Positions 11,098 through 22,271 of a DNA stretch of 64,000 nt are shown one piece after another. Within the stretch, counting starts at the first letter, position 1, and each line of letters starts with the position of its first letter. Under the pieces are notes generated by a model, which was not told the DNA's origin, searched no databases, and saw only the letters and a program-made list of their open reading frames with translations. The DNA is from an uncultured bacterium (GTDB lineage Bacteria; Zixibacteria; MSB-5A5; CAIYYT01), in NCBI GenBank assembly GCA_963726455.1, contig CAVSCK010000004.1, positions 768,001-832,000 on the forward strand, given 5' to 3'. A program made the position numbers and the translations under genes.

Positions 11098-11576
11098 AAG
11101 ATTCAGATTGTAAACGCGAAGAAGAGCTGCTGGCCGCCTTCGTCACCGGCACGTTGACTGAGCCGCAGCAAGAGCATCTGGTTCAATGTGCAACCTGCAG
11201 TAGTGCGATCGAAACCTCCAGGTTGATGTCGGTTCTCGTGAACTCGACCGAAGGTGCCTCCACTGTCAGCACGAGCGCTTCCGTCATATGGGGAGTAGCG
11301 ATGATCGAACGAGAACGGCAGTCCAGAATGCGATTTAGATTGATTCAATTGGCACTTGGAATCGGCGCCATGTTGGCGAGTGTTATAGTCTCTGTGATCA
11401 TTTGGTCTCTGAGAGGAATAGAAGGCGGCCTTGCTGAAAAACCACTGTCCCTTATGTTCGGTGTCGATGGACAGTCGGCTGTCGCACCTTTCGTGGCTCT
11501 GGTCGCACTAAGCGTCGCAGTTGCGCTACTAGTACGTATAGTGAACTTATCGTCGCGCGCTTCGAACTCTGCCTAG
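11094..11576 (+). CDS. Zinc-binding (ZAS) membrane anti-sigma factor
   Basis: HLVQCATC (HxxxCxxC); 2 TM; ATGA overlap with sigma. Confidence 0.8.
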   Translation: MKDSDCKREEELLAAFVTGTLTEPQQEHLVQCATCSSAIETSRLMSVLVNSTEGASTVSTSASVIWGVAMIERERQSRMRFRLIQLALGIGAMLASVIVSVIIWSLRGIEGGLAEKPLSLMFGVDGQSAVAPFVALVALSVAVALLVRIVNLSSRASNSA

Positions 11577-11713
11577 CATTATTTCAGCAGAATCATTTTG
11601 CGCGTGAGGGTCTCCTGTCCAGCAACCTATCGCAACAGGTAAACACCGCTCGCTGCTGTATTTCTGTTCGCGTCCGTTCCGCTATCTCCACGAATTTTCG
11701 CGATAGATTTCTG

Positions 11714-11775
11714 TTGCATCGGTTTTCAATAACTGATATCCTTATTGCATCAAATGCCGATCTCTTGCAATAAGG
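11714..11775 (+). promoter_or_regulatory. Fic promoter with overlapping inverted repeat
   Basis: TTGCAT-17-TATCCT; CCTTATTGCA-16-TGCAATAAGG. Confidence 0.55.
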
Positions 11776-11822
11776 AAACCCTTAGTGAATATGGCTGAAA
11801 TAACGAAAAATGGCGTAGTCGC

Positions 11823-12974
11823 ATGAATCCCAAGGACTTTAGCACCTCGACTGCCGGAAAGTGCATCAAGACACCCGAAGGATATTGGTCATTCGTGCCG
11901 AACCCTCTGCCGCCTAAACTCAGCTACGATCAGAAGCTGATATCTCTGCTATCCGACGCGGATCGTCGGCTAGGAGAATTGTCGGGTACCGGTCAACTAC
12001 TTCCCAATCCCTATCTTCTCATCTCGCCGTACACACATCGCGAAGCTGTGTCAAGTTCGCGCATCGAAGGAACGCGCGCGTCTCTCAACGATCTCTTCTT
12101 GTACGAGGCGTCTTCATCCGAAAAACCGCGCGTGGACGATGTCAAAGAAGTTCGAAATTACGTGCTCGCGATGGAACACGGACTGGAATTACTCAAGACA
12201 TTGCCGATCTCCATCCGATTGATCAGAGAAATTCATGCCGTGCTCATGCAGGGAGTGCGAGGCAACCAGGCCACGCCGGGTGAATTGCGACGATCACAAA
12301 ACTGGATCGGCCCACGAGGAAGCACACCGGAAACATCGACCATAGTCCCACCACCCGTAGCCGAAATGAAGAACGCTCTCGGTGAGTGGGAAAAATACCT
12401 TCACTCAAAACCCACACAACCACCTTTGATTCAGTGCGCGCTGATGCACTATCAGTTCGAAGCGATCCATCCCTTCTTAGACGGTAACGGCCGCATAGGT
12501 CGCCTGCTCATAACATTCTTCTTGATCGACCGGGGGCACCTCACGCAGCCGCTTCTGTATTTGTCGCGATACTTTGAGGCAAATCGTCAGGAGTATTATG
12601 AACGGCTTTTGTCCGTCAGTCAGAAAGGCGACTGGAGCGGCTGGCTGGAGTACTTCCTGGAGGCAGTCGTCGACCAGGCGGCCGATGCAATTTCCGATTC
12701 GCGAAAGATTCTCAAACTCAGCGCCGAATATCAGAAGCAAATCGAGAAATCCAAAAGCGTGCCGGAGACCACCCGCCGAATTGTAGATGAGGCCTTCGTC
12801 AATCCTTACATCTCCATTTCCTCGCTGGCAAAGAAATGGGATCTGCCGTTCAATTCCGTCAAGAATGGAGTGAACAAACTCATCGAGTTGGGGATACTTG
12901 AGGAAGTCCCCGGACGCGCCCGCAACCGCCTGTTTGCCGCCAAGAAGCTGTTAGAACTTCTCAACAAGGGATGA
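11823..12974 (+). CDS. Fic family protein (class II) with C-terminal HTH
   Basis: HPFLDGNGRIGR catalytic motif; N-terminal SSRIEG inhibitory motif. Confidence 0.95.
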   Translation: MNPKDFSTSTAGKCIKTPEGYWSFVPNPLPPKLSYDQKLISLLSDADRRLGELSGTGQLLPNPYLLISPYTHREAVSSSRIEGTRASLNDLFLYEASSSEKPRVDDVKEVRNYVLAMEHGLELLKTLPISIRLIREIHAVLMQGVRGNQATPGELRRSQNWIGPRGSTPETSTIVPPPVAEMKNALGEWEKYLHSKPTQPPLIQCALMHYQFEAIHPFLDGNGRIGRLLITFFLIDRGHLTQPLLYLSRYFEANRQEYYERLLSVSQKGDWSGWLEYFLEAVVDQAADAISDSRKILKLSAEYQKQIEKSKSVPETTRRIVDEAFVNPYISISSLAKKWDLPFNSVKNGVNKLIELGILEEVPGRARNRLFAAKKLLELLNKG

Positions 12975-12992
12975 TTCCGACCGCAACAAGCA

Positions 12993-15900
12993 TCACTTCA
13001 GCAACACAATCTTCTTGACCGCGCTCTGATTCCGCGACGACACCTTGAAGAAATACACTCCTGAAGCGACCGCCTCTCCCCCATCATTCTTCGCATCCCA
13101 TTCGATTGTATGTCGCCCGGCCGGTTGAAGTTCGGCATCAAACGACCGAATCACTTGACCGAGAATATTCAGAATCTCGATGCCGACCTGCCCCGGCCTG
13201 GGGAGAGAATAGCTGATCATAGTCGAGCTGTTGAATGGATTCGGATAGTTTTGTTCCAGCGTGAAGTTCGATGGAACTTGTTCCTGTTGTGGTTGATCGA
13301 CTACATCCGTGATTACTCGGGGCGAATACGGCGCGTTGTTGTTCAGTCGGCGATTGTATCGCCACATCGGGCATGGCATCTTATCAGCTCTGAACTGACG
13401 GTCGGGAAAATTCAGGAAGACAAGCTCGCCCAGGGCCGTCGTCATCATCAAGTCAATCTTACCATCCTGATTTATATCACCGATCACAGGCGTGTTGGCG
13501 TAGTCATGGGTGATTTGCGTGCCGTGTGCCACGTTGAGCGGCCAACCTGGAAGTATGGCAGCTTCCCGATTCCAGGCAAAAATCCCCTGTCTGTCGGAAG
13601 CTCCCCAGGCATCGGGAATCGCACAACTCACTATCTCTGCGTCATTATCATCATTGACATCACCTAGAATCGCCATGTTGAGCATGCTGGGTTCGGACGC
13701 CGAATTGAAAAATCCATTGGAGGTGCTGTCGCCCAGATACGGCCTACCGTCGTGACGCCAGGCGTAGACGTGACCGTAGTTTAGATCGTAGCAGGTGGAT
13801 ACATATTCGGAGAGAGAATCTCCATCTATGTCGCCGAAGACAGGCATGGTGGGGATGAGAAGGCGACTGATTGGTATTCTTCTGGGCCAACCTGTTTCAA
13901 CTGCGAGCCCGTCACGGAAGGCGTGCAACCAATACGTCATCAGATTCTGCGACCAGCGGTACCGTCCAAAGACGAGCAGCTCGCGTTTGCCGTCGTCGTC
14001 GACGTCCACCGCAGACATGCCTTGCGGCAGGAAACCTGTCGCCAAAGTCAAAGTGACCGACTCGTGTTCGACACCTGCCTGATCATAACACCGGAGAACG
14101 CATTCACCCTCGAGACAGTATATCTCGTCGATTCCATCGCCGTTCAGGTCGGTCGTCAGGCAATTCTGCAGGTAACTTGCGTAGAAGACAATGGGCGTGA
14201 GACTGCCGCCGGCTCTCCAGATGTAAAATCCGCTCGCGGAATTGACGTCAGGATCCGTGCCGGTCTTCAGTTGAATCTCGTCGATGCCGTCGCCGTCGAT
14301 GTCCTTGAGAGAGAGAGCGGCCAGCTTTTCCTCGTCGTTGCGGGCGAAACACGCCGTGTTGGGTGGTTGCGGTATCCAGACCGATTTCAGTCCATTCGCT
14401 GAACTTTGGATATACAAAGCTTGCGGCTCCTGGCTGACCGCCACGAAATCATCAATGTCGTCATAATCGAGTTTGCCCACCGCAATGGGCGTTTGAAAAT
14501 CCAGCGGCGGTAGCGATGGAACTCCAGTCGTCATTGCGGTTCCGTCCGTGCGGAAGAACTTGACCCCGGCGGATGTTCCGACCACAATCTCATTTTGGCC
14601 GTCGCCGTTGAAATCGCCGTAATTCGGAACAATGCTCGCTATGCCTCCAAGGTTGGCGCGCCAGCCGTTGGGAGCAGAAAATGGCGAGCGCACACGAAAG
14701 GCGACGCTGTCGGATACAATTCCACGACGAGTATGCATAGACAGCCGTATGACGTACGACTCTCCATCAGCACTCGCCGCGTTCCAGGAACTAAGCAGCC
14801 CCTTGTACACCGGCGCAGTCACGGTGTCGATCAGTTCCCACTGTGACCCCGCTGCTTCCGCCCTTACGTCCAGCACGGCATACTGGAAATCGATGGCCGA
14901 GGCACTGCCTTGGATCGAGACTGTGGTCGACAACGTTTCGGCCTCCGCGGGCGAGATTATCTCGATACTCTCGCCATTTGCCACATACAGCGTAACCTGC
15001 GACTCATTGACGTCACCAACTTTCAATCTCAGTGTATAGCAGCCGTTCAGTGTGTCAGTGTTCCACTCTGCCAGGGTTGAGTGATTTGCGGGCGTGGATG
15101 CTGAACTGATCGCATACCAAGTCGATGGGTTGGCTCCGTTTCCGAACTCGACAGTGGCCGAACTTATTCCTGATCCCGCAGCCACGCCAAAGATGTTCAC
15201 TAAACCACTCACGATGCTATTCCGTCGCGGAGATTCTATTTGGGCTTGTGTTGCCGGCACGAGCGCCAGCGCTTGCCGCAAATTAATTCTGCCATAGCCA
15301 CTATAGATATCCTGACCAGGGTTATTCCCTCCCGTTCCGTAAGGATCAGTCAAGTCCTTTGCCGATTGTTGAATGATCTGCTGTACCCGATCCACAACGA
15401 GACCGGTAGAAACCGATTTGACATAAGCGGCGACGGCAGCCACGTGCGGACACGCCATGCTGGTACCGGACGCCTCGTAGTAGTAATTCTGGATAATGTG
15501 GACGACCGGCTCATTTGATGGAGGCGCCCCATACATGTCGGTACCGGCGCCACGAAGCGACAGAATCGATTCCCCGGGGGCGACCACATCGACGTGAGTT
15601 CCGTATGTCGAAAAGCTCGTTACGCGATCGCGGCTGTCGGTAGCGCCAACGGCAATAGTAGACGGAAGAACGGACGGATAGAATGCCTCGTTTTGACCGG
15701 AGTTGCCGGTGGCGGCGCAGAGCACAACCCCTTTGGAGCGCGCATAGTTCAGAGCATCTTCCAGTAGTTTGGAGGGATATGGCGAGCCCCAACTCATGTT
15801 GATTACGTCAGCGCCGTTGTCGGTGGCATACACTATCGCTCGGGCGGCTGAGGAAGCAAACATCATGGGATAGAATTTCAAGGGCATGAGCTTTGCGTGC

Positions 15901-16740
15901 GGCGCGATGCCGGCAATGCCAACTCCGTTGTTCGTTGTGGCGGCAATTATCCCCGCAATGTGGCTGCCGTGACCATAGAGATCGGTAGGATCGTTGTCCT
16001 CGTAGACTGGAACCAGCGTTGTATCGTTGGCCGAATAATCCCAACCATGGACGTCGTCAACATAACCATTGTGATCGTCATCCAATCCGTTACCGGGGAT
16101 TTCGCGCGTGTTCGTCCAGAACTGTCCCTGCAAGTCCGGATGAGTGAAATCAATTCCGGTATCAATGATCGCTACGATCACTGTGCTCCTGACCGGCGGA
16201 TTTGTATATACCGCGTCGGCGGCGATGTCACTTCCCGTGGTCCCGGTTGCCAGTGTCATTTGGTCGTTGTTGTCGCCGGGGTTGCGAAGTACGTGCCAGT
16301 AATCTCTGCCCGGTGTTGTGAAGATTCCATTGCTGCAAATACAGTGGATCGTTGGGAGCCGCAAACAACTCCATACGGAAGTCTTGCTCCACGTATTCCA
16401 CATTGCTCAGCGCACGTATTTCGTCCGCCGCCTGCTCGGCATCGCTGGCTACGGGCAGAGTGAGCACAGCCACGCCGCTCATAAACCGGTCGGGCGCTGC
16501 CTCTGGGAATCCCTTGCTCGACTCAACAAATCTGTACTTTCCCGCGAGTCGGTTGAATTCCTCCATTGCCGAGGCCCCTCTGCGAGATAATTTTGACAAA
16601 CCAGCCACAGAGTCGTTCTTGAACTTCACGATTAATCGCGCCGGCGCAGATTGTGCGTCGATCCCGGCCATCGTTTCTTCGTTGAAACTCAGGCAAAGCG
16701 CAGACAAGAAAGCCACTATAAAGAGCCAAGTCGTTGTCAT
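12993..16740 (-). CDS. S8 subtilisin-like protease with FG-GAP-like repeats and FlgD/T9SS-like C-terminal domain (frameshift ~16305)
   Basis: IIDTG, HGSHIAG, SGTSMA triad; QNYPNPFN..ASGVYF tail; signal and propeptide lie in ORF 16228..16824. Confidence 0.92.
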
Positions 16741-16916
16741 CCGCCGACCTCCTTCCCTGTTCACTTCTGCTCTTCCCGCATTCATTTCTCCAGTTCCCTT
16801 GCGCGCGATAATTCGCGCAGCCAACGCACAGATTGACCGAGTACTGAGTCGTCCTTTTCGCGTCGAGACCGTCTACACTTGCGTTGAATTAACTCCCATC
16901 GACTGAGACGAGTCAG

Positions 16917-18218
16917 CTAAAACTCAATGTCGTCGGCATTTCCCGTTCTGCGCGCTCGCTTGAACTCAACAGTCCATTCACTGTCAAAGAATCGTCCGAA
17001 AACGCTCACGTCGGCGCGGCTGGCAGACGGTATCATAGTGACTATGTTCGACACATAGACAATTACCCGACGCGACCAACCATCGCGGTTGTATGGTATC
17101 ACATCGTAGTACCACAATGGCGAGCTCGTAATACCTTCGCTGCAACAGATAGAGTGGTTGGGGTCCAGACGCCTCATAAATCGAGGAATCGAGTCCGGCA
17201 GAATCCAATTAATCTCGAAAGGACTATTACCAATGTCAGGTGAATACTGTCCGCCGCTGCAATTCCAATCATCCGCAATAGTCACCGGCTGCGTGGTGGC
17301 GGCGCCCCAGCGCCAGATGTCAATGAACTTCTCACCCGCCAGCGGACCAACAGTCATTGCTCCCATTTCATAGGCGGTTTTGGGCAACTCCGAGAGCGCT
17401 TCGGTGCTTTCCGGCGACCAGTAGATTGCCACCTTGTCCTCGCTAGCCGAATCGCTTTTCCAAATCAATACAGTGTCGTATGTTGTGTCATACGTTACAT
17501 CGCAGATGACGGGCGGCAAAGGTGGCGGCGGGAAACAGACGCTGTCCACATGGATGATTCGCCTCACTCGGAGATTCGAAAACAGTGTGTCAATTTCGCG
17601 TCGCCCGTTCGTGAAGCGGACAACGGTATCGGGATGGCTGACATCCAGGTACAGTCTGTTGTCTTCAATGTTGTCCCCTGCTGTCACAATCGCGACCTGT
17701 TGTCCGTCGTCAGCATGGCCGAGTATCGTGACCTCCCGCCAGCTTATGAGGAGATAGAAGTATTGGTCGTCATAAGCGGCGCGGCAAAGCGCCCTGTAGA
17801 TATGCGGATCCCGAACAGTATCTCCATCAATGCCGGTTGGCACCGGACGCAGCCGCAAGAACGTTTCCTGCGGACCCCATTCTTCCTTACCGCCGTCAAT
17901 CCCATCCAATAGCGGGGATCTCTGCAGACGGTTGGCAGTAATGGTGTCGGAGTGTCCGGCCGTACTCGAATCGAAACTAACTATGATCGGTTCAGAAGCC
18001 ACGATAGCTCGCATACATCCATTGACAATTCCCACGGATACGAAGCGCGGCGGGGGCGGTGCGCCCGTCGGATCGGTTCCGGTATCACCGGGCGGCCCCT
18101 TCTCGCCTCGTTTGCCACCGACACCTGTATCCCCATCACAACCGGCGATAAAAGCCACAACGCAAATACAATAGGTACACGCTAGAATTACCCTAAGTTG
18201 ACCCACTACAGCACCCAA
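16917..18218 (-). CDS. Lipoprotein with short collagen-like stretch and ethylbenzene-dehydrogenase gamma/DOMON-like domain
   Basis: IAGC lipobox; GKRGEKGPPG; AYD..YFYLLISW, EDKVAIYW, DIWRW, WTVEFKR. Confidence 0.7.
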   Translation of the reverse strand: MGAVVGQLRVILACTYCICVVAFIAGCDGDTGVGGKRGEKGPPGDTGTDPTGAPPPPRFVSVGIVNGCMRAIVASEPIIVSFDSSTAGHSDTITANRLQRSPLLDGIDGGKEEWGPQETFLRLRPVPTGIDGDTVRDPHIYRALCRAAYDDQYFYLLISWREVTILGHADDGQQVAIVTAGDNIEDNRLYLDVSHPDTVVRFTNGRREIDTLFSNLRVRRIIHVDSVCFPPPPLPPVICDVTYDTTYDTVLIWKSDSASEDKVAIYWSPESTEALSELPKTAYEMGAMTVGPLAGEKFIDIWRWGAATTQPVTIADDWNCSGGQYSPDIGNSPFEINWILPDSIPRFMRRLDPNHSICCSEGITSSPLWYYDVIPYNRDGWSRRVIVYVSNIVTMIPSASRADVSVFGRFFDSEWTVEFKRARRTGNADDIEF

Positions 18219-18256
18219 CTTTAGTTATGAGGTCGCCGAACTAATTTGATCCAGAA

Positions 18257-18273
18257 GGCAAAATACGTGCCAA
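18257..18273 (-). promoter_or_regulatory. Sigma-54 promoter
   Basis: Minus strand TTGGCACGTATTTTGCC matches consensus TGGCAC-N5-TTGC. Confidence 0.85.
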
Positions 18274-18405
18274 AGTGCAAGGTGTGTGCTCTTACATTGC
18301 GTAGGTAACTACTACTACTCCCTTTTATGGCTGGACTAGCTCGGATCTGTAGTAAGCTGCGCAATTCCTGGAATAAGTCAACGGGAATCTAACTGCGCAA
18401 GTTTG

Positions 18406-18606
18406 TCAGCGCTGGCCCAGCAGGCGAGCGGGCAGGAAGAAAATTGCTTTGAGTAGCTGAAATACTGCTTCAATAGTGATGCCGATCAGGCGTAATGGCA
18501 ATGACAGCAACCAGACGATCGGGAAAAGAATCAGAGCCAATAGTGCCAACGGCCACCACAGGATCAGCAGGAAGCACCACAAAAGCAGAACAATCAAGAC
18601 TCTCAT
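18406..18606 (-). CDS. Small hydrophobic membrane protein
   Basis: 66 aa Leu-rich ORF; GAGGTG RBS. Confidence 0.7.
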   Translation of the reverse strand: MRVLIVLLLWCFLLILWWPLALLALILFPIVWLLSLPLRLIGITIEAVFQLLKAIFFLPARLLGQR

Positions 18607-18763
18607 TTGGTCATCACCTCTTCGCTGGTACTACGTGACCTCCGGTAAAGTGTTTCGGTTTATGTTTCGCCGAAAACAGGAACCGCATTTATTGTTGACG
18701 CTTTTGATGTTCGAGGGCAATTTGGCGTCACTGATCGTGTATAACTAGAAGGAGAGACTGGGT

Positions 18764-19345
18764 GTGACGTTATTGCATATGCGACGCGCTATTCTGATAA
18801 TCTCACTCTTGTTTTCGGCACACGCTTGGGCACAATCGGAGAGGCCAATTGAGTTGTACCTGGCCGCCGGAGGCGCTTTCCCGACGAGTGATTTCAATCT
18901 CCGTTACAACTTCGGAGTTAACGGTTCTGTCGGCTTGGGATTCAGACTGGCTCCGGGATTTCGGGTGGTACCCAAACTGGAAGTTCAGTCGTTCGCCATG
19001 GACGCAAACGCTCCCTATGATTCGGTTGGTGGCGGCGATCATGTCTCGCTGATGTTGGGTGCGGATTTGCGCTATTACAAGGATATCGCCAACTGGCCGG
19101 TAGACCCTCTCATCGTGATCGGCGGTGGGATGGCGTATTCTTCGGAAGCCCAATTTAACCTGGGCGCCGACACTTATCCCACGGTTACTGAAACTAAGAC
19201 CTATTTCAACTTCGGCGTGGGTTTCGATTTCAAGTTGTCGCCACGTGTAAGCTGCTTCGCCACCATGCGCTACGTGCAAATATCATCCGGCTACACTAAG
19301 GCGGAGTTCTTTCCCGTTACGGTTGGGGTACGATACCCCATTTAG
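18764..19345 (+). CDS. Outer-membrane beta-barrel (OmpA-like TM domain)
   Basis: Signal peptide; alternating strands; FNFGVGFDF, VTVGVRY. Confidence 0.85.
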   Translation: MTLLHMRRAILIISLLFSAHAWAQSERPIELYLAAGGAFPTSDFNLRYNFGVNGSVGLGFRLAPGFRVVPKLEVQSFAMDANAPYDSVGGGDHVSLMLGADLRYYKDIANWPVDPLIVIGGGMAYSSEAQFNLGADTYPTVTETKTYFNFGVGFDFKLSPRVSCFATMRYVQISSGYTKAEFFPVTVGVRYPI

Positions 19346-19350
19346 TTCCC

Positions 19351-19851
19351 CTACTGCGCCACAGGGCTGTTCTCACTTTGGCTTTGTCCGGCCTCCGGCC
19401 TGACAACCAGAACTCCGGTCATTCCTTTCTTCGCATGACTTCCCTTGTCACAGAAGAACGAATACTCGCCCGGTTTCGTCGGCGTGAACTCAACAACTTT
19501 AGTAGCACCGTGGCCGACATCCTGGCTGATATCAATGCCTGCCTCCGGAGCGTGTAGCGTGAAGTTATGGGGAATCAAGTGAGTGTCACTTTTCAGGACG
19601 AGTCGTACCGGCATGTTGACCATGACATTGATCTTGTTCGGCTTGAAGTAGAAGCTTTCCACTTGAACCGTGACTTCCTGAAGATGCTCAGCCGTAATCT
19701 GGGCGGTGGTTTCACTAATGGGAAGATTCTTGCCGGGCGTGCCGCACGACACCAACAATGCGGCGGTCATCAAGGCCCACACCGACACGCCAAACGCGGC
19801 GAGTGCACCTGACTTTCGTCGTCTGGAATTCACCGGATTACTCCTTTCCAA
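19351..19851 (-). CDS. Cupredoxin-domain lipoprotein
   Basis: LVSC lipobox; PHNF..FFCDKGSHAKKGM type-1 Cu ligands. Confidence 0.88.
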   Translation of the reverse strand: MERSNPVNSRRRKSGALAAFGVSVWALMTAALLVSCGTPGKNLPISETTAQITAEHLQEVTVQVESFYFKPNKINVMVNMPVRLVLKSDTHLIPHNFTLHAPEAGIDISQDVGHGATKVVEFTPTKPGEYSFFCDKGSHAKKGMTGVLVVRPEAGQSQSENSPVAQ

Positions 19852-20199
19852 TCATAACTTGATATCTCATGGCAATGGATTTGACCGTTGCCTGCTCACA
19901 CTAGTCTCCGTGAACAGTTGGCAGAGGATTCACTCGAGTCCGACACAGGCAATACGCAGCACTCTGGCGGGATTAGAAACGAAAATGGCACCTTCGCGAA
20001 TCCATTCGAAAATGCAGGTATCTATTCAGGGCCTGGATCGGCAGCCGCGCTTGATACTGCTGATTAGCGGGCTACCCGCAAACGATCCTTGACAAACGAT
20101 CAAATGTGATCGATAATGTAGTATTCATTAGCTTGAAGTTGTCCCGCGAAGACAGTCATCCTGGGACACAGGTGTGGAGAATTGGAAAGGAGCAGCAAA

Positions 20200-21024
20200 G
20201 TGAATCGCAGAAATCTCATTTGGATAGCCCTGACAGCCATCATGATGACAGCAATCTTCGTCGCATTTGCCGGGTGCAGCGACAAGAGCAACAATACTCC
20301 GCAGACGCCGCCGACACTGCCACCACAATCATCTTTCCTTATGAGCTTCGCAGGATTTGCGACTCCGAGCGCCTCACCGGCGACGGGAGATGATTCCGGC
20401 CACGTCAACTTTGCGCAATCTGCACTTCGCGTCGGTTACTGGAATCTGATATTGACGGTAACGTTGGCGGTCCCGACCGCGGCATTCATCGAGTCATTCA
20501 ATCATGAGCCGGTCAGGCAGGACGATGGGTCATGGGCGTGGTCATACAATGTGACCGTTGGCGTTCAGTACACCTGCAAACTAGTCGGCAGTACCGGCAA
20601 CAATGAGATTCTGTGGAAGATGTACATTACCAAGGCGGGTGCATACTCCGACTATCTGTGGTACAGCGGCAGTCAGAATCTGACCGGCACGCAGGGTACG
20701 TGGACGGTTAATCGCAATCCGGATCAGACCAACCCCTACCTCAGAATTGACTGGCATCACAATTACACCGACAGCACCGGTGACTTGAAGTATACGAATA
20801 TCATTCCCGGCGACGCCGAGAACGGCGCTTATATTTACTATGGCATCCCGGCAAGCGGCGACTACAACCGGTTCTACAACATATATAGCCACAGTCTGGA
20901 TAATCTTGCCGAAATCGAATGGAACAACCCGAGTTTCAACGGCCGCGTGAAGGATCACAACTTCTATCTCGACGATGCCTGGCACTGCTGGGACGAGAGT
21001 CAACACGATATAACGTGTCCGTAA
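20200..21024 (+). CDS. Hypothetical lipoprotein
   Basis: FAGC lipobox; AAGGAG RBS before GTG 20200. Confidence 0.8.
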   Translation: MNRRNLIWIALTAIMMTAIFVAFAGCSDKSNNTPQTPPTLPPQSSFLMSFAGFATPSASPATGDDSGHVNFAQSALRVGYWNLILTVTLAVPTAAFIESFNHEPVRQDDGSWAWSYNVTVGVQYTCKLVGSTGNNEILWKMYITKAGAYSDYLWYSGSQNLTGTQGTWTVNRNPDQTNPYLRIDWHHNYTDSTGDLKYTNIIPGDAENGAYIYYGIPASGDYNRFYNIYSHSLDNLAEIEWNNPSFNGRVKDHNFYLDDAWHCWDESQHDITCP

Positions 21025-21046
21025 GTTTGGAGAATTCCGAAGACAG

Positions 21047-21084
21047 AAATGCGGGCTGTCCATCTAATAGGACGGCCCGCATTT
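21047..21084. terminator. Bidirectional intrinsic terminator
   Basis: AAATGCGGGCTGTCC...GGACGGCCCGCATTT between convergent units. Confidence 0.75.
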
Positions 21085-21129
21085 TCATTATCTATTCGCG
21101 CTATGTATTCAAGACGTATCAAATAAAAG

Positions 21130-21202
21130 AGCCACCCATCGGAGTCGAACCGACGACCTGCTGATTACGAATCAGCTGCTCTACCAACTGAGCTAGGGTG
21201 GC
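21130..21202 (-). tRNA. tRNA-Thr(CGT)
   Basis: Cloverleaf; anticodon loop TTCGTAA; CCA not encoded. Confidence 0.96.
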
Positions 21203-21213
21203 GTGATTTTAAA

Positions 21214-21287
21214 GTGGCGCCCCCCAGAATCGAACTGGGGACACGCAGATTTTCAGTCTGCTGCTCTACCAACTGAGCTAGGGCGCC
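21214..21287 (-). tRNA. tRNA-Phe(GAA)
   Basis: Cloverleaf; loop CTGAAAA; one surplus G in the G-run at the T-stem/acceptor junction. Confidence 0.95.
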
Positions 21288-21303
21288 AGTGTCAAGGTCG
21301 GTT

Positions 21304-21331
21304 AATTTAGGGTTTCGAATTTAGATGTCAA
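21304..21331 (-). promoter_or_regulatory. Sigma-70 promoter for the tRNA pair
   Basis: TTGACA-16-TAAATT. Confidence 0.7.
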
Positions 21332-21347
21332 CCATTTTTCCGGCCGG

Positions 21348-22271
21348 TTACATTTCACCGGCCAGGTTCGATTGACGTTGCACTTTTTCAAGTGCTGTAA
21401 ACGCCCACTGGAATAACTTCTTGGCCTCACGGAAACGGCGGCTGTTGGAATGTGCGCCTAACACCACGCCGGTGAGATCATGTCCCTTATCGTCCGCGAC
21501 GCGCACGGCAAAGCAGTATCCAGATTCGCCGATGTAACCGGTCTTTCCGCCCTCGATCTTCCAGGTGCTCGAAAGGAGGCGATTGGTGTTTCCAAGGGTA
21601 TACAGGCGATGGCGTCTTTCAGATATGAAGGTGTATTCTTTGGTGCACAGAACTGATTGAATTGTGGGGTTCGTCGAGGCGATATTAACCAGCCGCGCAA
21701 TATCATAGGCGCTGGCGACATTGTTTTCCGACAGGCCGGTCACTTCATCGACCTTGATACTGTACAATCCCAGACTGTCAACTTTGCGGTTCATCCGCAC
21801 GATAAAACTGTCGGTGGAGACGCCGGTTGAACGTACGATCGCACGAGTAGCGCGGTTATCGGAGGACATCAGGCTGCAATGGAACAGGTCGCCGACACGA
21901 TAAATGTCACCGGCGCGCAACTGCGAGCGAGAGGAATTGTTGGCATCGGAGGTATCCATCTCGATTGTCTTGTCCCAGTCGACCTTGAAATCGAGGAAGG
22001 TCAGTGCCGTGATCAACTTGGTAATACTGGCGATCGAACGGACGTTGTATTCGTCCTTGCCGTACAGTTTTTCGGAAGTGCTGTTGTCCTGCAGGAACGC
22101 GGCTTCACACATCAGTTTCGGAGGTGGAACCGCAAGCGTATGGAATCTCGGAGCCGGCGGGCCGTAAGTTTCCTTCGTCATCGACTGTGTTGCCGGTGTC
22201 GGCCAGAATATGGTGATTGACAAGAATGCTGCGAGCGCAATAAATCCGATACGCCTAGTTCCGTTGAACAT
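21348..22271 (-). CDS. S11 D-Ala-D-Ala carboxypeptidase/endopeptidase (PbpG-like)
   Basis: SITK, SDN, KTG motifs. Confidence 0.92.
   Translation of the reverse strand: MFNGTRRIGFIALAAFLSITIFWPTPATQSMTKETYGPPAPRFHTLAVPPPKLMCEAAFLQDNSTSEKLYGKDEYNVRSIASITKLITALTFLDFKVDWDKTIEMDTSDANNSSRSQLRAGDIYRVGDLFHCSLMSSDNRATRAIVRSTGVSTDSFIVRMNRKVDSLGLYSIKVDEVTGLSENNVASAYDIARLVNIASTNPTIQSVLCTKEYTFISERRHRLYTLGNTNRLLSSTWKIEGGKTGYIGESGYCFAVRVADDKGHDLTGVVLGAHSNSRRFREAKKLFQWAFTALEKVQRQSNLAGEM

Noticed and set aside
21130-21287. tRNA 3' ends as an integration site
   Set aside because: No duplicated tRNA fragment or integrase seen nearby
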